64,000 nucleotides of DNA from Takakia lepidozioides (lineage: Eukaryota; Plantae; Bryophyta): positions 4,650,001-4,714,000 of the forward strand of contig CM060733.1 in NCBI GenBank assembly GCA_030704615.1, in the 5' to 3' direction. Position numbers and translations under genes: made by a program. Below, piece after piece: positions 1 through 12,820 of this stretch; positions within the stretch are counted from its first letter, which is position 1, and each line of letters begins with the position of its first letter. Below the pieces are notes generated by a model. It saw nothing but the letters and a program-made list of their open reading frames with translations. It was not told where the DNA came from and ran no database searches.

Positions 1-1985
1 TTAAGCGGGCTTCCATACTGCCGAGCCAAACCAAAATCACAAATTTTAAGTTCTCCACGATTGTTGAGCAGCAGATTGGAGGTTTTCAAATCACGGTGCA
101 GAACCCAATTGTCATGCAAATACTTCACACCCTCAAAGAGTTGGAGCATCAGGCATTTTACCTCACTCTGACTGAACGGTTGTTTCATGGATTCCATCAG
201 CCCCTTCAGATCATGCTCCATGTACTCCATCACCATAAATATACTATCCAGATTGTTCCCCACCACCACCTCTTTCACATCAACCACTGAATGATGATGG
301 AATGACAACAACACATTGATTTCCCTCAATGATGTCATTGGAAAACCCTCTCGCTCCTTCTCCATCTTCACTTTCTTCAATGCAACAATCTCTCCTGTTT
401 TCTTATTCCTCGCACGAAACACAACTCCATATGTGCCTTCATCAATCTTGTTCAACTTCTCAAACTCATCCACGCTTCTGCACCCTTTCAGCATGTCAAT
501 GGCCCGACAGTGCTGGGACTGAACAGGCAGGGACAAAGGTTCTTCGATGTCTGAATCAAGCTGTGGCTGCTGAACCTCTCCATCATCATTGTCATAATCC
601 TCATCAAGCTCCCTAAGCTCCTTCTTATTCAGCTCCCGCTCATACTCTTCACCATCTCCTCTGGAACCACTCCGGCCCCCTTCACTGCCTTTCCCTATAC
701 TACCATCACTATCTGTGCCCTTTGCCTTCCTGCGCATGTCATCTGGCTTCTCCTGCCTGTATTCTCCAGGCTCAGGTGAGGTACTGTGGCCACTTGTTTG
801 TGGACCCCCAGAAGAAAGCTGACCCTCTTCACTGTCTAGGCTCGCAGATTTATGTGCCCTAACTTTTGCTCCAGCTGAAAGTGGCGACTTAATAGGTTCT
901 GGCGTATGTGTCTCTCCAGCCCAGCGTGAGGCAGAAATTGCAATGGGAGCTGGGGCGTCATCTTCATCCTCATGCATGGGGCTGTCAGGAACAAGCTGTC
1001 CAGGCTCCGGCGCATCATCTGAGTCAGGAGAAACCCTAACCTGATCCTCCATATGTACGTCTACAACTTCCCTCTCACCAATGCTCTCTGTTACAACAGG
1101 CGACTCTCTACCATTATTCAAAAGTGGTGGCAGCGGTAACAACAGTGCTGCGTCCGCTACAATTGCCGTGCTCGGAACAGGGGCGAGTCCGACTGGAACG
1201 CTAGCAGAAGGCAACACCGACCTATTTCCTGCAAGAGTTCTTCCAAGAACAGGGGCCGACTGACTAGGGGAGGTGGAAGGCCTTCCCGGCACCGAAGGCA
1301 GTAGAGGGGAGCGCTTTGGAGGAGAAGAAAAATTTGGAATAGAAGCACGAGGAGAGGGGGGAGTAGAACTGGACGATCGTGGGTGTTGTGGAAAGGGTGA
1401 AGGAGATGGTCCAAACCTGCTTGATGCCGGCGGTGCTGCTGATGAGGCTGCAGGATATAGAGATGAACTGGACAGCTTAGAGCGAGCCTGCTTATCATCA
1501 AGATCCCAGACTATCGGCGAATACTTTCGCTTCTTAGGTGCAGACGAGCTCCCAGTTTCGTCAGAACCTTGGTGCTTTAAAAGATTTATTGATGGCCCGC
1601 GATGGCCGCGGCCTCCCATAGGCTCGCCTCCATCCACTTCCCCATCTTCTGATCTACTTCCACTTGTGATTTCTCCAGGCTCCCTTTCAACCTCCCTGCC
1701 TCGCGGCCTCCCTCTTCTGCCTGCCTCCCACTCCCTCTCTCTTCCTCTTTCTCTCTCCCTTTCTGTCTCTCTCCTATCATGGAGCCTCTCCACCTCCCGG
1801 CCGCGCCCTCGAACCTCACGTGAATACGGCAGCCGCTCCCCTTCCACATCCCGATCTCGCTCATGCATACGGTCTCGGTTACCACTTCTCTCGCGGTCGT
1901 GAGATGGAGAGTAAGGGGGAGTCCTGGAGGGCCCCCGCGGGTGTGATGAAGACAGAGGCCCGACGTGGTGCCGTCCTCCGACCAT
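1..1985 (-). CDS. CDKG: Cyclin-dependent kinase G (CDK11-like); intronless over this span, 3' end beyond the window edge
   Basis: ATG at 1985 opens MVGGRHH... and an R/E/D-rich N-terminus, then the kinase domain: [14 protein letters not shown] (PLTSLRE-type), [43 protein letters not shown]. The ATG is in frame with the kinase codons at the edge; absent from the ORF track because no stop lies in the window. Confidence 0.95.
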   Translation of the reverse strand, partial: MVGGRHHVGPLSSSHPRGPSRTPPYSPSHDRERSGNRDRMHERDRDVEGERLPYSREVRGRGREVERLHDRRETERERERGREREWEAGRRGRPRGREVEREPGEITSGSRSEDGEVDGGEPMGGRGHRGPSINLLKHQGSDETGSSSAPKKRKYSPIVWDLDDKQARSKLSSSSLYPAASSAAPPASSRFGPSPSPFPQHPRSSSSTPPSPRASIPNFSSPPKRSPLLPSVPGRPSTSPSQSAPVLGRTLAGNRSVLPSASVPVGLAPVPSTAIVADAALLLPLPPLLNNGRESPVVTESIGEREVVDVHMEDQVRVSPDSDDAPEPGQLVPDSPMHEDEDDAPAPIAISASRWAGETHTPEPIKSPLSAGAKVRAHKSASLDSEEGQLSSGGPQTSGHSTSPEPGEYRQEKPDDMRRKAKGTDSDGSIGKGSEGGRSGSRGDGEEYERELNKKELRELDEDYDNDDGEVQQPQLDSDIEEPLSLPVQSQHCRAIDMLKGCRSVDEFEKLNKIDEGTYGVVFRARNKKTGEIVALKKVKMEKEREGFPMTSLREINVLLSFHHHSVVDVKEVVVGNNLDSIFMVMEYMEHDLKGLMESMKQPFSQSEVKCLMLQLFEGVKYLHDNWVLHRDLKTSNLLLNNRGELKICDFGLARQYGSPL

Positions 1986-2434
1986 GGCCTCAGGATACCC
2001 TTCCTCAAACCTGCTCCACTACATCTCCACCTCCATTTTCTACTCCCCAAAACAAACACTGCACCAGATCTTCGAGCAGTTAAGAAGCCTGCGGTGCCGT
2101 AATCGATACAAAGACCTCAGCTTCACACTGCCGATTTCCTTCATAATCTACACAAGCTTTGATTTCCCCCGTCTCTCACACCCCAGACATGAGCTAACCT
2201 GCCCAAGATTCATCCGAACTACTAAACTACAGTAGCTAATCTTTGTTGCACTGTACAAACTGATGACACTTCAGAAACCCACTATGCAAACACAGATCCA
2301 CCCAGACATGGATTTCCTTTTGAATCAGAAGTCTTGTGAAGCAAGAATCCGAGAACCCTAAAAGTCCTTTTTGGGTCCAAAGTCTGACCCGCCTCAGGGT
2401 ATTTTTATGCTGTTTAGTCCACGTAGTCCACTTA

Positions 2435-4049
2435 GGCCCTGGCCGCACTGGCCGATTTAACCGTGGCTAAGTGGAGGTTAGCCACGGCTATCTTTATTTT
2501 GATGTCGCATTAGGCAATTTAGCCACTGTTAAATTTAATCAGCGCTAATCGTGGCTAACTACCCCCCAGTATTTGTCCAACTAGATAACCCCTACCCACC
2601 CCCACGTATTAACTTTAATCACGGGGGGCAGGCGATGGAAAATTCCAACGCGCTCCTGTTCTACCTCCTTCCTCGCGCCCGTCTCTTGCAAACCGTAAGC
2701 CATATACTGTTTTCATGGGAGCCTGAGCCTAAGGGTGAACATGGAATTGGCAAGGCCCAAGCTTCAGCTGAATTTGCGTCTTCTTCTGGGTGTTTACCTG
2801 AGGAGTCCCTGCAAATATCAATACGAACTGGTCGAGTAACTGGTGGACCATAAGCTGAAGCAGCCAACGATTGCAAAGACTATACATCTGAATTGGTGTC
2901 AAGCACAAATGCCTCAGTCTGAGCTGTCTGCTGCACATATGGGAGCCTCAACTTGGAGCTTCAGTTCGGTGTGCATTGTTGTGTATGTTTGAGACTGTGA
3001 TTGAGCTTGTGATTCCTGCCGAACTTGGAACCCATCAGCCACCAGTCCAGTTTCGGGCTCCTTGTGAGAAAACCTTTCTGCTGCAACTTACTGTAAGGTA
3101 GCATGGTACCAAGAACCGACACTTGGTTTGCATGGCCCTATCTATGTAGATGTGAAGGGTCACATGCCCTACTCCAACTTGTACATACAAGATTGAGCCA
3201 CTTGCCTTTACATACATCATTTGGATAGCACGTAGAAGTGATAAAGGGACTCTAGTCCATGGTATGCAAGCGATGGAGTGGTATGGCTATACAAGCCAAA
3301 TGGTAGAGATTGACATGGAAACGTGGATGGATTGCAGTCCCAATCAAGCACAAAATTCTGCAATATCACATACCATAGGCCACAATTCTGAATGGCTGAT
3401 AAACAATCGATCCACTCCTGAAGTGTGCCAGCTGAACTTAAGAAAGCCCTGCCAGCCACCAATCTAATGCAACATTACATGACCTCTATCACTGATGCAT
3501 GCATATAACCATTCTACTTGAGACTTAAATGGATTTGATGTTCCTCATGCCCTCAATTGTGCATTGTGAGCAACAGACTGCCCAATTATAAACAAACTTG
3601 CATACCTGTTACAGAAGGTTTTAAGTGGATCAGATGTAGGGTCAGTGTGCAATCAGGTTGGATGTTCTAATGGCACCCACCTTCTCCGATATTCCCAAAT
3701 GCCAGCACATGTCATTTCAAGTTTTGAAACGTCTCAAAAAATGAAAGTTCTTGCTAGCTGTAGAACACATTTTCAACTGTGGAACCAACGCCAATGGATA
3801 TGTCACACCTGTCCTAGGATTAACGTACCTCTCCTCCTGCGCAGGCCTTGCAACTGGCGAAGTGTAGCTGGGCTCCACCAAACTTCAGATGCAAGCAGGT
3901 CGAGCTCGAGCTTTGCAGCTATGGCGTCCTCGCTGCCTCGACGGGCAGCTCCAGCGGTGCTTAGCGGGCAGCTCGCGGGATAACCTTCGTTAAGTGGCTA
4001 ACTAACCATTGCTAGCAGTGGCTAGTTAACCACCAGTGCAGCGGGGGCC
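2435..4049. mobile_element. Non-autonomous PIF/Harbinger-like DNA transposon
   Basis: Imperfect TIRs GGCCCTGGCCGCACTGG and (revcomp) GGCCCCCGCTGCACTGG (14/17 match); TTA on both flanks (2432-2434, 4050-4052); subterminal GTGGCTAA motifs at both ends; no transposase seen. Confidence 0.65.
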
Positions 4050-4190
4050 TTAGTCCACCTTAAGTAGTGCATGAATATGTTCCAACTATGACGTCCCGTT
4101 TGCACGTGTGGCAGGAACAGCCAATTGGCACTTCTCACGTGTGATGGGCGTGTGAGGAGTTGTGGCTTGGGCCAAGTCCCAAGTGTGGCC

Positions 4191-4600
4191 TTTGTTTTGG
4201 TTTGTAGCATTGAGATCTCCCAAACCGCGGGACCCAGCCCTAATGCTTGGTACCCTTGGAAAGCCCTCGATGAGGAGTGGTGCATTGACTTGGTCTCAAT
4301 ATATGAAGCTAGGTAAGCTAGCTCAAGTTTTTTTTTTAATACTTCACATATGAGCCAACCACACAGGCTACCCTAGATTAATATATCCAATCATTGTCGT
4401 AGGAAAGCCCACTTTGCTATTTTTCACGAATTTCCAGTGACAAAAAGTACTTGAAATTCGATATCTCCCACACCTCAGGTCCAAAAATCATGAGACCAAG
4501 CCGGTGCACCCCTCCTCATCGAGGACTTTCCAACGGCACCAAGCATTAGGGCTGGGCCCCGCGGTTTGGGAGATCTCAACGACACTACAAAACAAAACAA
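4191..4600. repeat. Fold-back / MITE-like inverted repeat, arms about 105 bp
   Basis: 4191-4298 (ttgagatctcccaaaccgcgg...gatgaggagtggtgca) is the near reverse complement of 4491-4600. Confidence 0.8.
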
Positions 4601-7600
4601 AACAAACAACAAACAAACTACCTCGCTTCATCTATTGATGTCTGGTATGTTCCAAATAGACTTCATTTCATTATATATAGTATTTTATACTTAGTATATA
4701 TTAAAAACAGTAGGAATAATGTAAGGAACTTAATGCACAACATGTGTGATCTGATGGTACTTTTGTCAGATTCAAAGAGCGTGGGGCTCTTCCGATAGGG
4801 CTTCATTCTATTCAAGTGAGTCTGAGAACGCACGCTCATGCATAGGGGTAAAGCATGGCAGATGAAAATTGTGTCTATATTACCCAAGAACAGAGGGGGA
4901 GACTTATAACCACTAGCAAGAAAAAGATTGCAACGAGAAAATGCGCTAAACAAATATCACCATCACCTAACAACACAATTGTTATCTCTTATGTCCGAAT
5001 TTGAAGGGCAACAACTTGTAAGTCCTCCTTGAACGCCTACAGATTGGAACACCTCATGCTACACATATCATCATAGTCCATCCCCTCTCTTTGGTGGATG
5101 TACCATCTTACGGAGAAAATATGATAATTTTTTTTTTATGGCAATTTGACCATCTTAGTCTGCAATGACAAGTTTTTTTTGTTACATATGGAATGTAAAG
5201 TGAAATATCCAACGGTAAAGTACTAAATACGATAGTCGACGACGAGGGGTCAACTTAATTGATAACATAGGTGTGCATCACTTCAAATCTCATATGACAA
5301 AACAATTATCAGCACCACATTCATCGATTGTTTATGTAATTATCTTGAACCTTGATTGACATTGTACAAACATTCTTTACAACAATTAGTCCATACATCC
5401 ATTGATGTGTCCTCTCATTGTCATGGAAAAAATATTATCTCGCCATGTATCATTGTCGTGGAATTTCTTGTTTTATCTTTTTATTGATCCAATATCTTTC
5501 ATGCAGACATACCCAAACTTCGTGAGTTCTATATCATGAGGTGTTGTGTGCAAGTTTTATGACTTATTCGGATTGTGTGAATAAATGGCATGTAGACACA
5601 CAGCTTTCAATCACTTAAAGATCTATATCAATGACCTTATTTTGGTTGGAAGCGATGAGTTTGCACATCAACGTACTACGGAAATGATCGAGCATGGCAT
5701 GAATGGGAGACAACGAGGATTCACAATGTGTTTTTGGCGGCGATACCATGAATGTCTTGAATAGTTTGAGTTCTTTTCCTAATGCTTCCATCTTCTATAG
5801 TACTCAACATCATTTTGATCTTGGAATCAATTTTCACATAAAATTGCATTAGCTACTGAAGCTTTAGACAATGATTTCAGTGAAGTAGACTGTTCTGAAT
5901 AGAATGTTGAAACATCATCAGATGTTACTACACTTGATGACTTTATGTTCTTACTAGGGATTTTCGGCGTCTTAATGACAAAGAAGCTGTTCAAGTAGAG
6001 AAAGGAGGTGTGCGATTGTCATATGACTCAGAACACATCTAAGTATGTAGGATGTTTGATCATTGGAGAAAATTACATGCCATCGTCCAACAAAGACAAC
6101 TCTAAGAACTATTTGACACTAATGTTAAGTATCTTGTGGACACGCTAATTTTTTTTTTCTTACAAGTGTAATGAACTGACGTAAAATTATATCATGGCAA
6201 GACGCACAATATTGAATTGATATTTCTTCATTCTGAACATGTTGAAAGGTTTCATGCATTTATTGTGTCAAATCATGCTTCTATTCAGTAGACTCGTTGG
6301 TCTTCTACGTGCAATTAGGAAAATAATAAGAGTTTTATTAGAGGCCAAATCAGCGTATTTGCTCCCTCGGTTGAGTCCCTACAACTCCCGAGTTGGCTCT
6401 CTCCCTGTCAAGAGGCAAAAAGGAGGGGAAAAGTAACGAGGATAGTTATGATCGTCGAGATTTAACCGGCAGGTCACAGGGTAGATTAAGATTAAATTCC
6501 AGTTATAGAGGTTGGAGGTATGGTGTTACATCCCTAACGAGCCTATGGAGGAATAAAACATACTACTTGATCCACACTTCAAGAAGCTTCTGTTTTTTGC
6601 AAGGAAGCTCTACTACTTTAGATATTGACAAAAATTAAGTTACAAGATATTCTTATGACCTTCGAAAGTGCCAAAATGATGCTTGCATAATCATTTTTAT
6701 TTCAACATAATCACAAAAGGTGCATCATGAGGTTGGTATTCTACTGTACACACAACTTCAGCTTGATAAGATGAGGTGGTTCGGAATTATACAAGCTTTA
6801 CAATGATACCGATTTCGAGATTATGAATGATAATTTTGAACCAATTGTGAGAGTCGATTAGCGCTAAGAAGAGTCACAAGGTGGAGTTCAACCATCGCCA
6901 ACTTGAATATGTCAACTTGAGGATGTGGGTGTTGACTCTTCAATCATAATATGCGCATCTGGACAATAGCGACAATCAAACACTATTGGAACAGGACCCT
7001 ACAACAGAGTTTTAATATTTGTTGTCTATAGATAGATAAAGACCTTACTATAAAACCATGAAATGACATGAAATTGAAATAAAAATAATAATGAAATAAT
7101 TCAGGAAAAATGGGGTATGTAAAGTCGTTACATTGAAGGGACAAAACAACTCTACTTAAAAACTCTATGGTTTAGGGTGAGCACAACTACAAATTGAGAA
7201 GACAAACAATATGTGGGGTTCATAAGAGTGTAAGACCCACAACGTCACATGACTATCTCTAATATCTTTTGACGTTGTTGGTAAACGTATGTTTCTCTAT
7301 CTAGTAATTTGCATGATTCTGTTAATATTTATCAGCAAGTTCCTCTGTGCGTTTGATTCTCCTTTTCGTGGCCAAGTTTGCTCTTCATGTCTACTTTCCC
7401 CAGACTTCTACGACATAAAGAGGAAAAACGATTTTCTAATTCCCAACACACAATGTCACACACTTCGGCTTTGGCTTCAAACGATGATTTTTTTTTTCCT
7501 ACCGACGATTTTCCACAACTTTTGTCAGAGCTCCCTTCTGCACAAGAAGCCGTAGGAAAGGTTGTCCAAAGGGGTGAATTAATCCAATCATGAGGCTCGT

Positions 7601-8774
7601 ATTTGTGTAAAGTTTCTCTTGAGATGTCTTTCTTAGATTCGTGCCCTTCCTTCTACGTCATAGCTGAGCTTGGCAAGTCCTGACAATTAACCCTTAAGCG
7701 GCCAGCTAGCTTTTGGTGGGGCAGCCCCAAAACTGTACTTACCTGCATGGATGAGGGTATAACTTCTTACCCACAATCATCCACACAATTGAGCCTTTAT
7801 ACACATCCATTAGTAACTACCACATCCACATGCTCATAAAGTCACAACACATTTCACCATTGCAATTGACATATTATAACCAAAGAAAAATGCATTTTTT
7901 CAAGTTCACTCCCCAAAAGATGGGAAATTTTGGTTTGACCACAGGTTTTCTGTATCGGGTTGAATTCTCCTTAAAAAATGCCCACCATTTCTGCAATCAA
8001 TGGGACCCAAAATGCTAAGAAAACTATGTCTTTCTTTGTATGTAAAATTCAGGGGGTAAATTAGTCTCCATGGCCAGATTCGCTTTCTGAGCTAATTTGT
8101 TTATATGGATGGGCTTCAATTACAGCCTCGGTCGAGTATTCGCGAGTAATGTGGAGTCAACATACATTATCAATAAGACTGGCCATCCCTTCACTGTGAA
8201 ATGAGGCCTCTCTGGCGTGACAGAGAAAACAGTAGGTTCTGGCGAGCAATATACTATCACCAGAAACAAACATGACACATTCATGCAGTATTTTTTATAT
8301 TTGAATGCAGATCCTATCATACATTAATGGTGATGAGATATTGGATTAAGAGTCCATGCTAGATAGTGAAAACCAAAATCCCTTCTAAGAAATTTGGAGG
8401 GAGAGATTATGCATTTAGTGATTCTTGCATCCATTGCCAAGTCAGGCGAATTGTAGCCGGATTGGCATATTTTTCAGTTGAATGCTGCAGGGCCACGTCA
8501 TTCATAACCGAGGAAGTTGAGGACGCCCGTAAAATACAAGATCGATCAGGGACTAGGGTGAAGCTAGGGTGCGGGTGACGGGTGGAAAGCCCTCCCACAC
8601 GGGCGGACAGACAGGTGCAGACCCCCCCGCCCTCTCCCCCCCGGCAATCGAGTGGCAGGCTTAATCAACCCCGGTTCGTTGCGGGCTACATTTTTTGTTT
8701 AGGAACCGCTTTCATCCTACTACTCATCTGACATGGATGAAATCCATTGCGACCCGAATCGGGTCGTATGGTTG

Positions 8775-8959
8775 AAATAATAATAATATATATGACACCT
8801 CCGAAGGGAGCGTAACTTATGGTGTCACTTGACCCCGAAGGGCTACTGCCTTCCAGCAAGAAGGTGGACACCTTCATGACACACCAGACGGTGGTTTGAA
8901 CCCACAACCACATCCAACGTGGTATGTGCCCATTACCACTGGGCTACATGCTGGTTGTC
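8775..8959 (-). mobile_element. tRNA-derived SINE, copy 1
   Basis: A-box TAGCCCAGTGG, B-box GGTTCAAAC, (TAT)n tail; 12-bp TSD gtcg(t/c)atggttg at 8763-8774 and 8960-8971; close homologue of copy 2. Confidence 0.85.
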
Positions 8960-10166
8960 GTCGCATGGTTGTTTAAGGGTTAAGGGTGGAAACGTGCTCA
9001 CCAAACTAATGTCCTCCATCTTGAAGAGAGACATCAAGTTCTGTGCGGGTGAAATAATCAAGTGGAATGTTGCAAAGAGAAATGGGAAGGACCGGGACGG
9101 CAATCACAGGTTTGATCCTGCTATGGTTCACTTTGTGACTGTAAGCTACATCTTTTTTATTTAGGATTTTTACTCTAGGGTTATTGTATTCGGGTTTGTT
9201 GTTTGTGTGGCTCTTCGTTTTAGGGAATTTCTAGATTGTGTGAGTTTGTGGGTTTAACGATTTATGTGTTGTTGGGTATGCAGTTGGGTGTGAAAACGGC
9301 ATGAATGCCTTATATCACACCACAAGACATGTTACGGTACAAGCCTTTCGGTAAGCACCTTATTCAGGAGCGGAACTTTGTGTCGGTCCACTTTGATGAC
9401 CTTCAAGAACTTGAAGAGGTGGTCTAAAACTGCCATGTGGGATTGAAAGCATGGCCAATTCTTGGAACGAAGTTCATAGACTCTCCGGTGCTGTCCCTTT
9501 TCCCCATACCCTTCCCTATGACACTTGCATTTGCTTTAGAGCCAACAACGACATCCATGTATGTTATTTCCATCTCCAAGTTCCTCCTATTTGGTAATTT
9601 ACACAGAAAAAAAAACTAGCCAATATAGGAGACTGTAGCTGATTCCCGCCCTTTCGAAGATTCATGTGAAATTAGACTTGTCAAATTATATGTAGATAAG
9701 AGAGTCCAACAAGGTAATGCATTTGCAAGGCCGCAAGAGAAAACAAGGTACGTTTACAATATAAACCAGGACAAGATCAATTTCTACTCCTACATTCATC
9801 ATTATATCATGAAGCAATATGCTCCCAAAGAAAAACCCCAAAACATCAAAGCTGGTTAAAGTGATCCTAAGGAGAACAACAAAGAATCAACCAAATTTTA
9901 AAGAAGTTGGTGACGGTCTAATAAAGAAGCTACTACAGATAACAATGTATCTCTTCAAATGAGAAAAAGAAGAATAGTTGCTATTACCCAAACAGAGGTT
10001 TACACTGCAAAAGCTGCTAGCAAAACCAAAATACATTGTTTTCAATTAACCACAAAATCATACATTACGTTTAATTTGAAGACGATTCGTTCGAAGCTGT
10101 TTTCCTGAGTGTTGTGCATGATCTCCGTCACCTGAAGTGCTTAAGCCTTACGAAAGAGAGCCGCCA

Positions 10167-11410
10167 ATGAGAGTAGTTGCGGAGATTCCACTTGACGTTC
10201 CCTCTGATTGACAACCAACATGTAGCCCAGTGGTAATGGGCACATCCCACGTTGGATGTGGTTGTGGGTTCAAACAACAGTCTGGTGTGTCATGGAGGTG
10301 TCCACCTTCCTAGCGGAAGGCAGTAGCCCTTCGGGGTGAAGTGACTCCATAAGTTACGGTTCCTTCGGGAGGCCTCATACTTCTTCTACTTCTTTTTCTA
10401 CTTCTTTTCCCTCTGATTATTGGATAGAGAAATTTGAACGGACGGCCGTTGATGAAGCTCGCAAAACTGTGAATACTGAAGGAGAGAAACGCGAACAACG
10501 TCGCAAGATAGCTGAAGCTAAATAGGGTGCGCTTGCTGGTAGGTTGCTACAGAAGCTGCATGCAAAGGAAATCGCTAAACGCTTACCTCGGGCGATCATC
10601 CGTGAGCGACTTGGACAGGGCGAGCTGCTCTCTTGGCCTCAGATTGGAGTGCCCAAGTTCGTTGTCACCCGCGATCGTACCAACAACCTTGAAAGCTTCC
10701 TACACCCCAAGGTTCCTAATGGCTACCGTTTTTGGGAATTTGTCCGGGGTGGGAGTGCAGCGGCGCTAACGAACATCCGCCCTGCTTGGAGTGCAGATCA
10801 GCCGGTTGACAATTTTTCGTGGGAACAATCCATTACTGGCTTCCCCCAACACTTGTTTCATTTCTCTGCTCGGGATGTTGTGATCTTTCCCAGTGAAACT
10901 TTTGATCACGAGAAAGTTGGGCTCTGCCGAGTCCAGAATCCTACTGAAATGTATCCTTTGCACTCCTTGGTGGTCAAGGAGAGGTGGTGCGCATGGTGAC
11001 CCATGTTGCATTCTGGCTAAAGGTGGCTCAATCACTCCGGCATCTACAGGGAGAAGCTGTCTATCTTAGTCACAATCACCGCTTCATTTCTTCCTACATG
11101 GTCACGGATTGGGAGAAGTGTATGCTGCATCCCAGTGACAGGTGATTTTCTCTGTGCCATTTTGTTGCTTTGTTGATTGCTTACTAGAGCTAAGGCCAAA
11201 ATCTTAGAACACAACGCTGCCATGGGTGAGTGTAAGGATCCATGTGAATGCATTTTTTAAGCCAGTGAACCCAGTACCGAGTTCACTGCTAGTGGCACCC
11301 GAATACTTGGGCCTAAGACCCAGCCAAGTGTGGCTACGAATTCTCATTATGAACAGCAGTCAGATGAGCCCGATCTCGAAGAATTGTGCCAGGCCATGAA
11401 TGATTTCTGA
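10167..11410 (+). pseudogene. Decayed ORF of unknown function, interrupted by SINE copy 2
   Basis: Removing the SINE and one TSD gives MRVVAEIPLDVPSDYWIEKFERTAVDEARK...AK*GALAGRLLQKLHAK, in frame with ORF 10544-10999; further stops and frameshifts downstream. Confidence 0.4.
10210..10406 (+). mobile_element. tRNA-derived SINE, copy 2
   Basis: Same A/B boxes and body as copy 1, (CTT)-rich tail, perfect 12-bp TSD ttccctctgatt at 10198-10209 and 10407-10418. Confidence 0.88.
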
Positions 11411-11667
11411 TTGTTACGCTCTAGGAACGCACTCGCCAGGCTATCAGCGTGCGTCACGCTCCTGGAACGCACTCCTCTTACCCCTCCCCTTGCTTCCCTC
11501 TTCTTTTCGACTTCTTACCCCTTCCTTCTGATTTTTTTCTGGCATCTTTTCTGACTGGACACCGTGCTGGAAAGATGATATAGATAAAGAGGGGGGGACC
11601 AAAAATTCTTTACCTAGGGTAAAGCACCTGGGAACCCCCTATACAAAATTCCAGCCAAAGGCGTTGG

Positions 11668-11824
11668 CAGCGGGTGCAGGAGAAGCACGGGCGAAAAATA
11701 GGTTTTAAAAGCACAGAAATGAAGAACGCGCAACTTACCCTCCACAACCGTCCCTTCCGTTTTCACGATTTCACCGTTTTGTTTTGCACGTGACAAAAAG
11801 TTGTCACGTGCGAATTTAAAGTAC
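11668..11824 (+). repeat. Duplicated DYNC2LI1 upstream region (left part of the segmental duplicate)
   Basis: Matches about 48124-48281; homology resumes at 16269 after the gypsy insert. Confidence 0.85.
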
Positions 11825-12684
11825 CGTTGCCCTTCTTGTTTCGTTTCCATTGCTCGTATATGGCTGATAAGTCAAGTTGCATAGGGCAGAATCTGGTCCA
11901 GTGATCAGTACTTTTGCAAATCAGATATGCTGCTCTATCTTGATAATTTGAACCAGTGTTGGTTCTTCCTCTGTGGCCTCCCTTCTTGTCACCATCATCA
12001 GTAGTCCACCAGTGGCTTTCAGCCTTAAACACCTGTAACTGACTACGGACAGTTTTCTGTACATCATTCATGACAGCAGGCAGTAACTAGTCCAAGGTTC
12101 CCTCCTCTTTGTTAGTATTGTCATGAACTTCCAAAGCATCACAAAAATGGACCACTGGTTTGGCCTTGGTTTTAACACCACGTTTTGTAGCCTTGATTCT
12201 TAATTGTTCTTCGATCAACTGCACCATCTCCAAGGTTCTCTGATGAATACTTATTTTTTTGTAGATACACTTGTTCAGCAAGAGGTAGCCCTCGAATGAA
12301 GCTTATCTTAATGGCCAATGGCCTTTCAGCCACAATCGGAACAGTCTTGCATACAACAGTACGTATGTCAATATAGTATTTCATCACACTCTCTCCTATT
12401 TGATAGTTTCTTTCTAGCACAAAGTAATCCGGTGGTTTTTCTTCCCGAAACAATTGTTCTGCCAATTCTTTGGCTGCAGACCAAGATATGTACCTCCTAA
12501 GTCCTTGATGGCTGCTTCAGAAAGATCTTGGGCTTCCCCCTCTAAACAAAAGCGAAATGCATGTGTAACAAACCTCGGAGGCACAACATTCATCTTAACA
12601 CTCATTTCAAAGAAGGTCAGGAAATTTTCAAAGTTTTGTCCCACCTTATATTCTGGGTATGGTTGTTTTGCCATCTCGAATTCT

Positions 12685-12820
12685 ATCTCAGCCTATCACA
12701 GTTAGTCATAGTCTATCACAACTTGACACAGCTTCGCACAGCCAGTCACAGCACGACACAGCCCGACACAGCTTTACACAGCCAGTCACAGCCCGACACA
12801 GCTTGGCACAGGCCATCACA
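12685..12820. repeat. 10-bp period tandem repeat (GCTGTGACnG type) of the gypsy 3' region
   Basis: Reverse-complement homologue of 32850-32990. Confidence 0.8.

Noticed and set aside
1081-1902. Plus-strand Ser/Leu/Arg-rich ORFs
   Set aside because: Antisense shadows of the CDKG N-terminus.
5000-5800. Possible CACTA transposase relic on the minus strand (IESCVSTCHLF, CLHERY-like fragments)
   Set aside because: Too degenerate to support by eye; no termini found. Needs tBLASTx.
10210-10290. tRNA genes here, at 8880-8959 and at 45801-45870
   Set aside because: A/B boxes are present but no proper cloverleaf; attached bodies, tails and TSDs indicate SINEs.
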